From an uncultured Gammaproteobacteria bacterium (GTDB lineage Bacteria > Patescibacteriota > Patescibacteriia > PEXW01), in contig CAZAMC010000002.1 in assembly GCA_964486505.1 (NCBI GenBank), positions 65,656 to 129,655 of the forward strand: 64,000 bases of DNA, in the 5' to 3' direction. Below are positions 9,551 to 17,469 of this stretch, one piece after another. The notes under the pieces were generated by a model. That model was not told where the DNA came from and ran no database searches. It worked only from the letters and a program-made list of their open reading frames with translations. A program made the translations under genes and the position numbers. Position 1 is the stretch's first letter. Each line of letters opens with the position of its first letter.

Positions 9551-11989
9551 ATGCCGAAGCGCATGCCGACCGCCGCTCAGAAGAAGAAGCGATTCATTTT
9601 ATGGTTCGATGAAATTGGCATTGAAGACGTGCCACTCGTCGGCGGGAAGAACGCTTCGCTTGGAGAAATGTACCGGGAGCTCACCAGCAAGGGCGTGAAA
9701 ATCCCTAACGGTTTTGCAATTACGGCGTACGCGTACCAGTACCTGCTGACCAAGGCCAAGATTAAGGACGACATCAAGCGCATCCTGAAGGACTTGGACG
9801 TGAGCAACCTGAAGAACCTGTACGACCACGGCCGCCGGGTGCGAGAAGTGATTAGCCATGCCGAGTTCCCACCCGAGTTGCGCGAGGAAATTGTTACGGC
9901 CTACCGCCGCCTCTCCAAAGAGAATGGCGTGAAGAACGTTGACACCGCGGTGCGCTCCAGCGCGACCGCCGAAGACCTCGCCGACGCGTCATTCGCCGGC
10001 CAGCAGGAGACGTTCCTCAACGTGCACGGTGAAGACCAGCTCATTCAGTCTTGTAAGGCGTGCTTCGCATCGCTGTTCACCAACCGGGCAATCAGCTACC
10101 GGCACGAGAAGAAGTTCGACGACTTCAAGGTGTCGCTCTCCATTGGCGTGCAGAAGATGGTGCGTTCGGACCTCGCCGCTTCGGGTGTTATGTTCTCCAT
10201 CGACACGGAGTCGGGCTTCAAGGATGCGGTCATGATTAACGCATCGTACGGCTTGGGTGAAAACGTCGTGCAAGGGGCGGTGACACCGGACGAGTACTAC
10301 GTGCACAAGCCGACGCTGCGCCAGGGTTTTAAGCCCATTGTCGGCAAGCACGTGGGCAGTAAGGAAATTAAGATGATCTACGCCCCCGGCGGCGTACGAC
10401 CAGTGAAGAACGTCCCCGTGCCCCAGCCCGAGCGCCGGAAGTTTGCCATAACCGAGCCCGAAATCCTGCGTCTCGCGAAGTGGGCCATCATCATTGAGGA
10501 CCACTACTCCAAGAAGGCCGGCCATTTCAAGCCCATGGACATGGAGTGGGCCAAGGACGGGGAAACCGGCCAGCTCTTCATTGTGCAAGCCCGGCCCGAA
10601 ACTGTTACTAGCCGTCGCAATCCTAATGTTTTGGAGACCTACGTTATTGCGAAGCGCGGGAAGGTGCTCACTGAAGGCGGGAGCATTGGCGCCAAGATCG
10701 CCGCGGGCATGGTGCACGTTATCGAGGATGTGAAAGACATTAGCAAGTTTAAAGCCGGTGAGGTCCTGGTGACCGAGATGACCGATCCCGACTGGGAGCC
10801 CATTATGAAGAAGGCCGCCGCCATTGTGACGAACTCGGGCGGCCGCACCTGCCACGCTGCAATTATCTCCCGTGAACTCGGCGTACCGTGCGTGGTTGGC
10901 ACGGGCGACGGCACGGAGAAGCTGAAGAAGGCCAGCATGGTTACCGTCTCCTGCGCAGAGGGGGAGAAGGGCTACGTGTACGCCGGCAAGATCCCTTTCA
11001 GCATCAAGCGGACCGACTTGAAAACACTCAAGCGGCCGAAGACGAAAGTCATGATGAACGTCGGGAACCCGGAATCGGCATTTGCCGATAGCTTCATCCC
11101 CAACGACGGCGTAGGCCTGGCCCGTGAAGAGTTCATTATCAACGACTACATCAAGGTGCACCCCATGGCCTTGTTGAACTTCAACAAGGTAAAGGACACG
11201 CGGGTCCGCCAGCACATTGAAGACCTCACCTTTGGGTACAGCACGAAGCCGCAGTACTTCATCGACAAGCTTGCTGAAGGGATTGCGCGTATCGCCGCGG
11301 CCTTCTACCCCAAGGACGTCATCATCCGGCTCTCGGACTTCAAGACCAACGAGTACGCCAACCTGGTGGGCGGCAAAGATTTTGAACCCGTTGAAGACAA
11401 TCCCATGATCGGTTGGCGTGGCGCGTCCCGCTACTACGACCCCAAGTACGAGCCGGCCTTTAAGCTGGAGTGCCTAGCGCTCCGCAAAGTCCGCGACGTG
11501 ATGGGCTTGAAGAACCTCAAGGTCATGGTGCCGTTCTGCCGCACCGTGGAAGAGGGGAAGCTGGTCATTGCCACAATGAAGAAGTACGGTCTGGTCCAGC
11601 ACAAAGATGGCCTGGAGGTGTACGTGATGTGCGAAATCCCCAACAACGTCATCCTGGTGAAAGAGTTCAGCAAGATTTTCGATGGCTTCAGCATTGGCAG
11701 CAATGACCTGACGCAGCTTACCCTCGGTGTGGACCGCGATTCGGCCTTGGTGGCGCACGTGTACAACGAGCGCAACGCCGGGGTGAAAGAGCTCATCCGC
11801 ACGGTCATCCGCGGGGCCAAGCTCTACAAGCGCAAGATTGGCATCTGCGGCCAAGCGCCATCAGACTTCCCCGACTTCGCCCAGTTCCTGGCTACTGAGG
11901 GGATTGATAGCATCAGCTTGAATCCCGATACGGTCATTAAGACGACTATCGCCATTGGGCAGGCTGAGAAGAAAGCGAAGAAGAAGTAA
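9551..11989 (+). CDS. ppsA: phosphoenolpyruvate synthase / pyruvate,water dikinase (start ambiguous: TTG 9524, ATG 9551 or 9563)
   Basis: N-terminal LWFDEIGIEDVPLVGGKNASLGEM, phosphohistidine domain GGRTCHAAIISRELGVPCVVG, C-terminal PEP-utilising domain. Confidence 0.9.
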   Translation: MPKRMPTAAQKKKRFILWFDEIGIEDVPLVGGKNASLGEMYRELTSKGVKIPNGFAITAYAYQYLLTKAKIKDDIKRILKDLDVSNLKNLYDHGRRVREVISHAEFPPELREEIVTAYRRLSKENGVKNVDTAVRSSATAEDLADASFAGQQETFLNVHGEDQLIQSCKACFASLFTNRAISYRHEKKFDDFKVSLSIGVQKMVRSDLAASGVMFSIDTESGFKDAVMINASYGLGENVVQGAVTPDEYYVHKPTLRQGFKPIVGKHVGSKEIKMIYAPGGVRPVKNVPVPQPERRKFAITEPEILRLAKWAIIIEDHYSKKAGHFKPMDMEWAKDGETGQLFIVQARPETVTSRRNPNVLETYVIAKRGKVLTEGGSIGAKIAAGMVHVIEDVKDISKFKAGEVLVTEMTDPDWEPIMKKAAAIVTNSGGRTCHAAIISRELGVPCVVGTGDGTEKLKKASMVTVSCAEGEKGYVYAGKIPFSIKRTDLKTLKRPKTKVMMNVGNPESAFADSFIPNDGVGLAREEFIINDYIKVHPMALLNFNKVKDTRVRQHIEDLTFGYSTKPQYFIDKLAEGIARIAAAFYPKDVIIRLSDFKTNEYANLVGGKDFEPVEDNPMIGWRGASRYYDPKYEPAFKLECLALRKVRDVMGLKNLKVMVPFCRTVEEGKLVIATMKKYGLVQHKDGLEVYVMCEIPNNVILVKEFSKIFDGFSIGSNDLTQLTLGVDRDSALVAHVYNERNAGVKELIRTVIRGAKLYKRKIGICGQAPSDFPDFAQFLATEGIDSISLNPDTVIKTTIAIGQAEKKAKKK

Positions 11990-12006
11990 GCGTAGTGAAT
12001 AGAAGA

Positions 12007-12035
12007 ACCGCGGCACTAGACGTGTCGCGGTTTTG
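12007..12035. terminator. bidirectional terminator after ppsA
   Basis: accgcgg-N12-tcgcggt hairpin followed by TTTT. Confidence 0.6.
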
Positions 12036-12056
12036 TAATGCAAGCAACTTTCTGAA

Positions 12057-12218
12057 CTAGCTTTGTTGCTTCGGTGGCGCCGGGTAGTGCCAAAAGACCA
12101 GAATTAGCACCAGTAGGCCCCATAAGTAGGAGCCATCTTTCGTGACTATGACCGCAACAATGTCTGCGGCGATAATCAGGAGACAAATGAAAAAGAGCGT
12201 AATGTAGTAGTACTTCAT
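12057..12218 (-). CDS. 53-aa small membrane protein MKYYYITLFFICLLIIAADIVAVIVTKDGSYLWGLLVLILVFWHYPAPPKQQS (preferred over the overlapping 79-aa track ORF 12016..12255)
   Basis: GGAGGGcacATG RBS on - strand, two hydrophobic helices. Confidence 0.45.
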   Translation of the reverse strand: MKYYYITLFFICLLIIAADIVAVIVTKDGSYLWGLLVLILVFWHYPAPPKQQS

Positions 12219-12357
12219 GTGCCCTCCATGTTTTTCTTTGCCGCGACCTTAGCATGGGGATGCGGGGTTGTAAACACGCGCGGTCCGGGAGTAGTGTGAG
12301 TTTTCATCTTGCATAGTTCAGTAGAAGTACTACCCTGAAAGCAAACAAAGGAGGAGC

Positions 12358-12498
12358 ATTGGCAATCCATATTGAACCGCTCGTTGCGATAGTATTCCTT
12401 ATTTTCTGCATTTTAGTAGCGACGGCTATCGCTCAACTGCTCACCCTGCTTATTCCAAGAAGGAAGCATCGCAATAGCGTGTCTTGCCGCTCCACCTA
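12358..12498 (+). CDS. possible 46-aa single-TM peptide (TTG start after aaAGGAGGAgca)
   Basis: strong SD, hydrophobic core IVFLIFCILVATAIAQLLTLLI followed by basic tail; speculative. Confidence 0.3.
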
Positions 12499-12563
12499 GG
12501 GGCGGTTTTCTTGACGTGCCAGCAAACCCCTACTAGTCTAGTAGGAGAATCACTTTAACCACC

Positions 12564-13157
12564 ATGCGTATGAATAAGCGACGTGTGCTTGCCCTCGGGC
12601 TCGTTGGTGCGGCGTTTTTTGCTGTGGTCTCTGCACAGACCACGTCTGCTGCGGGCTCGCCATTTGATGCTCTGTGGAGTGCGTTGAACGCGCTGGAGGA
12701 ACGCGTTGATAACCTTAACCTCATTCCTGGGCCTCCAGGGCCAGAGGGTCCGCAAGGTCCACAAGGCGAAGTTGGCCCCCAAGGCCCGGCCGGTGCCGAT
12801 GGCGCGACTGGCCCCCAAGGTCCGCAAGGTGAGCAAGGCCCAATGGGACCGCAAGGGCTAACCGGTGCCACTGGTCCGCAAGGCCCGGCCGGTGCCGATG
12901 GTACTGCTGGGAACATTGAGCTTCGCACTCGACGGGGGACTGACGTCACGAGCGCTGGCCCGATTATCGATGCGGTTGCCTTCTGCGAACTTGATGAGAC
13001 ATTAGTGGGCGGTAGTTACGAGCTTTCCCAAGCGGATGCCCACACCTTTGCTGCGCACATTGTGATGATCGGGCAACCTGCGTGGCTCGTCCACGTAAAA
13101 ACCGTGGGCATTCCTACAACGGTTACCGCCATTGCGCACTGCATGAAGATTGTCTAG
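12564..13157 (+). CDS. secreted collagen-like triple-helix repeat protein
   Basis: signal peptide [26 protein letters not shown], then ~20 uninterrupted GXY triplets ([25 protein letters not shown]...), ~80-aa C-terminal globular domain. Confidence 0.75.
   Translation: MRMNKRRVLALGLVGAAFFAVVSAQTTSAAGSPFDALWSALNALEERVDNLNLIPGPPGPEGPQGPQGEVGPQGPAGADGATGPQGPQGEQGPMGPQGLTGATGPQGPAGADGTAGNIELRTRRGTDVTSAGPIIDAVAFCELDETLVGGSYELSQADAHTFAAHIVMIGQPAWLVHVKTVGIPTTVTAIAHCMKIV
12729..12914 (+). repeat. collagen GXY triplet repeat region inside 12564-13157
   Basis: in-frame ggX ccX/caa gg triplet periodicity over ~186 nt. Confidence 0.8.
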
Positions 13158-13231
13158 CACGCGCGGTGCTCGCCTTGGGGAACAGCCCACTGGGAGTTGT
13201 CTGAGCGTGGATTACCAAAACATTTTAGTAC

Positions 13232-13267
13232 AGCTGCTCGGCAACGAGCAGCTTTTATTTTTTTCAA
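13232..13267 (+). terminator. rho-independent terminator after collagen-like gene
   Basis: agctgctcg-gcaa-cgagcagct hairpin followed by TTTTATTTTTTT. Confidence 0.85.
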
Positions 13268-13306
13268 TTCTCCCGTATGGTTACCTGGCGTATGGAGGAC
13301 AAAACT

Positions 13307-14530
13307 ATGGCAAAGCGAAAAAAGCAACCGTATTCTATTTGGTGGCACGCGGCGGTACTTGCCATGGTGGTTATCATTGGTGCAGTTTTCGTTTTCCAAT
13401 GGCAGCGGCGCCCCGCGGCAAGTTCTACTGTCGGGCAGGGAATGCAACCCGTTCGCCAGCCTGACGTACTCGTGCTCGCCCAGAGTCCGTTGCGTGAAAG
13501 CATTATTGCTGCAGGCGACTACCTCATCCGGCAGCAGCTGCCCAACGGTGACCTCACCTACCAAGTAGATGTTGTAACCGGGAACCGGAATGTTTTACCG
13601 GTTTCAGTTCGGCAACTGGCTGCGACGAGCGGCCTGTACACAGTCTGCCAAGTGAGTAGAGACCAGAAATACTGCGATGCTGCAGACCGAGCTCTTGCCT
13701 ACTACTGGAAGGATATTGTACCCGTGCCAGCACCGTACCAAGGGGTATGCTACTTCTCCACCGGTGGTTGCCTCACGGGCGCCTCGGGCATTGCCATTGA
13801 CGCGGTGTACAAGCGCTGGCTCGCTACCGGCAACGTGATGCTCGGTGATGAGAATCTCCTGGAGACTGCCCGAGCAATTGGCCGCTTCATTACGAGTTTC
13901 AAGCTGGAGGACGGTACGTACGGCGAACTGCTCTACCCGGTTGCGGGTGGCATTGTGGATCCGTTCTACACGTCCTGGTACAACCCTTCTGAATCGGTGT
14001 ACGCATTGGCAGAACTCTACGATATGACCGGAGAGAACGTTTGGCTGGAGAACGTACAGGTGCTCAACGCATTCCTCGAGAGCAAGCCCGCCACCGCCGA
14101 CCAGTGGCATAGCCACGCGCTGAATATTCTCACGAAGCTTGGCAAGGCGAACAAGGACGACATTGCTTACGGGAAGAAGATTAGCGGAGCAATCCTTGCG
14201 AAAGAATCGGCAACTCTGGTGCCAACAGCTTCAGCCTTTGACCTAGGCACGAAGGTGGAGGCCCTGGCCGCCCTCGCGCAAGTCATGGCACGTTCTGGCG
14301 AGGGTCACACACAGCTGGCCGATGCGGCGCAGCGGTACATTCAGTTCTTGCAGGTTCGTCAGATGCCTGACGTTCAGTGCGGGTGGAAGATAACCGACGT
14401 CGAAAAGGCGCGCTACGCCGGGGGGTTTATTACGAACTGCGACGAGAGCGTCATTCGTGCAGACACGGGGCTGCACTGGATTTACGGCGTTACTGCTTTC
14501 CTGGAATACCAAGCGCTGGCTGCCTCGTAA
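13307..14530 (+). CDS. membrane-anchored hypothetical protein of unassigned fold (start moved from 13277 to Met with GGAGGA RBS)
   Basis: N-terminal TM helix WWHAAVLAMVVIIGAVFVF, then ~380-aa soluble domain with no recognisable catalytic motifs. Confidence 0.5.
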   Translation: MAKRKKQPYSIWWHAAVLAMVVIIGAVFVFQWQRRPAASSTVGQGMQPVRQPDVLVLAQSPLRESIIAAGDYLIRQQLPNGDLTYQVDVVTGNRNVLPVSVRQLAATSGLYTVCQVSRDQKYCDAADRALAYYWKDIVPVPAPYQGVCYFSTGGCLTGASGIAIDAVYKRWLATGNVMLGDENLLETARAIGRFITSFKLEDGTYGELLYPVAGGIVDPFYTSWYNPSESVYALAELYDMTGENVWLENVQVLNAFLESKPATADQWHSHALNILTKLGKANKDDIAYGKKISGAILAKESATLVPTASAFDLGTKVEALAALAQVMARSGEGHTQLADAAQRYIQFLQVRQMPDVQCGWKITDVEKARYAGGFITNCDESVIRADTGLHWIYGVTAFLEYQALAAS

Positions 14531-14544
14531 AGAAGCCCGACCTG

Positions 14545-14575
14545 CGCAACGAGCTGGCGGAGAGGGAGAGATTCA
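14545..14575. repeat. direct repeat copy 1: duplicate of tRNA-Ser 3' terminal 19 nt plus 8 nt of 3' flank
   Basis: aacgagctggcggagagggagagattc identical to 14724-14750. Confidence 0.85.
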
Positions 14576-14720
14576 CCCCCATAGGTCATGGAGGCATGTT
14601 CCTGGTTGGGGTCCCCACAACTGTGGCGCGCAGCGCAGTGAGCACGCAGTTGTGGGGCAAAGCGAGGCTTCGCACAGAGGGCGGAGCTTTTCGCGGTCAC
14701 GCGAAAACGGAGCTCGACGG

Positions 14721-14751
14721 GCGAAACGAGCTGGCGGAGAGGGAGAGATTC
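14721..14751. repeat. direct repeat copy 2 (overlaps genuine 3' end of tRNA-Ser)
   Basis: 27/27 nt identity with 14548-14574. Confidence 0.85.
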
Positions 14752-14819
14752 GAACTCTCGATACCTTTCGGTATACTCGCTTTCCAAGCGAGCGCACTAG
14801 GCCACTATGCGACCTCTCC
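14732..14819 (-). tRNA. tRNA-Ser (anticodon GGA), class II with long variable arm, encoded CCA
   Basis: GGAGAGG acceptor, D-arm AGTGGCCTAGT, anticodon loop TTGGAAA, variable stem-loop TACCGAAAGGTA, T-loop TTCGAAT, CCTCTCC-G-CCA. Confidence 0.9.
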
Positions 14820-14827
14820 GTGAATAA

Positions 14828-15085
14828 TTATCGCTTCTTTATCGTGCCATCTAGTAAGGCACGAAATTGCACTCCACCTTTGTACTTTTTTACTCTTTGC
14901 TCCATTCCGTGTGCCTCACTTCTGGTCTGGTATTGTTCCATAAATACAACCTTCCAGGGCATTCCGATCTTCGTCGAGCGTACAGCGCCACGATTATGTT
15001 GAGCCAACCGGCTGGCTACATCCTCGGTGTGACCAATATAATACCGACCGTTTCGAATACTCTGCAAAATATACACCGTAAACAT
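14828..15085 (-). CDS. GIY-YIG nuclease family protein (YhbQ/UPF0213-like, 85 aa); track ORF extends to 15130 but Met at 15085 gives canonical N-terminus MFTVYILQS
   Basis: VYILQSIRNGRYYIGHTEDVASRLAQHNRG = GIY-(x10)-YIG motif with R and QH residues. Confidence 0.8.
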   Translation of the reverse strand: MFTVYILQSIRNGRYYIGHTEDVASRLAQHNRGAVRSTKIGMPWKVVFMEQYQTRSEAHGMEQRVKKYKGGVQFRALLDGTIKKR

Positions 15086-15129
15086 AGTTGAGCTTTCTGC
15101 CGCGGAGCGGCATCCCGCTCCGCGGGACA

Positions 15130-15218
15130 AGCGAGCGCACTAGGCCACCCACCGCGATACGGGGCCCCGCTTCGCGGGATATGCTTGCCCCGCCGAATGG
15201 CGGGGCGACCTCTCCACG
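15130..15218 (-). pseudogene. tRNA-Ser 5'-half fragment (nt 1-11 and D-arm through anticodon-stem 5' strand) interrupted by a 55-nt GC-hairpin insertion
   Basis: GGAGAGGTCGC ... GTGGCCTAGTGCGCTCGCTTG identical to the intact gene at 14785-14819; no 3' half present. Confidence 0.55.
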
Positions 15219-15342
15219 AAGAGCGAATGTAGCATACCGGTCACTTCTTTCAAGGGCAACTGCCACTCCGCCGTCATTGACATTCCGAAGAGGCACGAGT
15301 ACGTTCTTTGTAGTTCCTTAACTTCGAGATTGGAGGTATTCA

Positions 15343-15543
15343 GTGTCTCGAACACAGCTCCCCGTTAGTAAGGACGGCGTTTCGATTGATCTTGGCGCGA
15401 CCGCCGAGGCAGCACGAAAAAATGTCGATCGCGACAAGGCGGGAACGCCCGTCCATGCATGCGGACTGGTTAGTCATAGGGACTGCCCCTGCTGGGTCTG
15501 CACGTCCAAGTCATGCGCCGCATGTAATGCCAGCCTTATCTAG
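15343..15543 (+). CDS. 66-aa Cys-rich small protein (GTG start after GGAGG RBS)
   Basis: RBS ttGGAGGtattcaGTG; C-terminal HACGLVSHRDCPCWVCTSKSCAACNASLI (7 Cys in 25 aa). Confidence 0.35.
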   Translation: MSRTQLPVSKDGVSIDLGATAEAARKNVDRDKAGTPVHACGLVSHRDCPCWVCTSKSCAACNASLI

Positions 15544-15618
15544 CTGGCGGGTCAGCCATTATTTTAAAGGCGTGCGCAACCCGCACGCCTTTTGCACACC
15601 GTACGCTATACTACACCT

Positions 15619-15960
15619 ATGCGCTCTGTCCTCCACGGAAAAATCCACAACGCCACCGTCACCGAAGCTGACCTCAGCTACATCGGGAGCATTACCATAG
15701 ACGGGGACTTGGTGGAGAAGGCGGGGCTGTGGCCAGGGGAGAAAGTGCTCGTGGTGAGCAATACCAGCGGGGCGAGGCTGGAAACATACGTCATTGTCGG
15801 CGCGCCTGGGTCCGGAACCATTTGCATGAACGGTGCTTCGGCGCACCTCATCAAGAAGGGCGAGCAGGTCATTATCATGGGTTTTGAACTCTCAGATGCA
15901 CCCATCACCGCGAAGAATGTGCTGGTGGATGAGCAGAATGCGTTTGTGAAATTTTTATGA
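15619..15960 (+). CDS. panD: aspartate 1-decarboxylase (start moved from 15592 to canonical Met)
   Basis: MRSVLHGKIHNATVTEADLSYIGSITID...GSGTICMNGASAH matches PanD including the Gly-Ser self-cleavage site. Confidence 0.9.
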   Translation: MRSVLHGKIHNATVTEADLSYIGSITIDGDLVEKAGLWPGEKVLVVSNTSGARLETYVIVGAPGSGTICMNGASAHLIKKGEQVIIMGFELSDAPITAKNVLVDEQNAFVKFL

Positions 15961-16526
15961 AAATTCGTGGCTGCGTTTGGCCCGGCACCGATCCCATCAT
16001 GCTCCGCTACCACGACCGGGAGTGGGGCGTGCCGCTGAGGAATGACCGTAAGCTCTTTGAGTTCATGGTGCTGGACGCATTCCAGGCCGGCTTGAGCTGG
16101 CGGACGATTCTGCACAAACGCAAGAACTTCGAAAAGGCATTCGACAACTTTGATCCAGCGAAAATCGCGAAGTATACACCCGCGAAGATTCGTAGGCTCC
16201 TTAGTGACGCCGGCATCATTCGCAACCGCCTGAAGATCAACGGAACGGTGAAGAATGCCAAAGCCTACGTTGCGCTCAAGAAGAAGCACGGGAGTTTTGC
16301 AAAATACCTGTGGCACTTTGTTGGGGACAAGCCAAAAGTGAATCACTGGAAGACCGAAAAGCAAATTCCGGCCCGAAGCAGAGAGTCCGACGCCATGAGC
16401 AGTGCGTTGAAGCAAGAAGGTTTTACATTTGTTGGTTCAACCATCTGCTATGCTTTCATGCAGGCGGCCGGGATGGTGAATGACCACCTGGTAACGTGCC
16501 CGCGGTGGCGGGAGGTTCGCAAATAG
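15957..16526 (+). CDS. tag: DNA-3-methyladenine glycosylase I
   Basis: MLRYHDREWGVP...LVLDAFQAGLSWRTIL...FTFVGSTICYAFMQAAGMVNDHLVTCPRW conserved Tag motifs incl. Zn-binding Cys/His. Confidence 0.9.
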   Translation: MKIRGCVWPGTDPIMLRYHDREWGVPLRNDRKLFEFMVLDAFQAGLSWRTILHKRKNFEKAFDNFDPAKIAKYTPAKIRRLLSDAGIIRNRLKINGTVKNAKAYVALKKKHGSFAKYLWHFVGDKPKVNHWKTEKQIPARSRESDAMSSALKQEGFTFVGSTICYAFMQAAGMVNDHLVTCPRWREVRK

Positions 16527-16528
16527 TA

Positions 16529-16550
16529 AAACGACCCACGGGGGTCGTTT
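16529..16550. terminator. bidirectional terminator (convergent tag and 16563-16802 gene)
   Basis: perfect 9-bp stem aaacgaccc/gggtcgttt, loop acgg. Confidence 0.75.
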
Positions 16551-16562
16551 CCACTGAATGTT

Positions 16563-16802
16563 CTATGGTGCTTTCGCAAGCCGGTGGCTGCCTTCGAGTG
16601 CGCCTTCGGTCTTCACGAGTTCTGCCATCTTCCGCTCCGCCAGCATTCGCGCTTCTGCTTCGCTCAGCGCATCCTGAATGGTGAAGAACGAGTGTGGCCC
16701 CGTAACCTCCTTGCGGTAGGAGAACCTGTAGTCTCCCTGGCGTGTCGCGTAGATGCTTGGCTGTGGTCCTACCAAGGACCACAGAAATGCGATTACGCTC
16801 AT
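16563..16802 (-). CDS. small hypothetical protein (79 aa; trimmed to Met with aaAGGAAGG RBS)
   Basis: ORF-track 16563..16874; internal Met 16802 preceded by SD. Confidence 0.4.
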   Translation of the reverse strand: MSVIAFLWSLVGPQPSIYATRQGDYRFSYRKEVTGPHSFFTIQDALSEAEARMLAERKMAELVKTEGALEGSHRLAKAP

Positions 16803-16875
16803 ATCCTTCCTTTCATTTCGTACGTTGTGTTTTTTGCAATTCCTCATGCTAGCAGCGAAACTGTGAAAAGTCAAG

Positions 16876-17358
16876 ATGTCCTGGATGGCTGGTAGGAACT
16901 TCCAGCAGTTTAGTGGTAGAATAGTTTCAGCTCGCTTTCACCATCCCCGTATGCCTGAAGCAACCATCAACTATCTGGCCGTGCTCGTGGCGGCAGTGAT
17001 TAACATGTTCGTCGGGTACATCTGGTACCACCAGAAAGTTTTCGGGACGGCGTGGATGCAGCTGGTCGGTATGACCGAGGAGAAAGCGAAGCAGGGTGCG
17101 GGGCTGGCTATGGGCGGGATGTTCGTGGTGGCGCTCATCTCTAATTACACCCTGGCGCACTTCGTAGACTACACGCAGGCCGCGTCGTTCGTGGACGGCG
17201 CCGTGACTGGTTTCTGGCTCTGGCTTGGTTTCTCGGGCGCCGTACTCTTCACTATGGTTGCCTTTGAGCGGCGGCCGGGAAAGTGGTTCGCCATCAGCGC
17301 TGGCTACCAGCTACTCGTCTTGCTCGTAAATGGCGGGCTGCTGGCGACCTGGGCATAA
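16876..17358 (+). CDS. DUF1761-family membrane protein (alternative start 16951)
   Basis: 4 TM helices, motif YIWYHQKVFGTAW...GMFVVALISNY typical of DUF1761. Confidence 0.55.
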   Translation: MSWMAGRNFQQFSGRIVSARFHHPRMPEATINYLAVLVAAVINMFVGYIWYHQKVFGTAWMQLVGMTEEKAKQGAGLAMGGMFVVALISNYTLAHFVDYTQAASFVDGAVTGFWLWLGFSGAVLFTMVAFERRPGKWFAISAGYQLLVLLVNGGLLATWA

Positions 17359-17469
17359 GCGCTGGTTCACCTGAGTAAACGCCCTCCTTCTGGAGGGTGT
17401 TTTCCTGTACACTTGGTGCATGCATGAGCAACAGTTCATCTTTCAGTTCGTTAACGCAGTTGCACTGGA

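Noticed and set aside
9989-11215. 408-aa - strand ORF inside ppsA
   Set aside because: Antisense to PEP synthase, whose homology is unambiguous; no RBS; composition artefact.
12016-12255. 79-aa track ORF on - strand after ppsA
   Set aside because: No RBS and a Cys/His/Arg-rich translation; a different frame on the same strand (12057-12218) has a GGAGGG RBS and encodes a clean two-helix membrane peptide, so the track ORF is treated as the artefact.
15090-15225. Possibility that the GC-rich structured segment is a tmRNA, RNase P RNA or an intron-containing tRNA
   Set aside because: No GGGG...tRNA-like 3' end with CCA, no RNase P conserved boxes (e.g. AGGAAAGTCCGGGCTCC) and no 3' half of a tRNA; best explained as a displaced tRNA-Ser 5' half plus hairpin insertion.
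14543-15225. Prophage or genomic island at tRNA-Ser
   Set aside because: No integrase, recombinase, transposase or phage gene within the window; the direct repeats enclose only 145 bp and the only cargo-like gene is a 258-bp GIY-YIG ORF, so reported as a scar/mini-element rather than a mobile_element feature.
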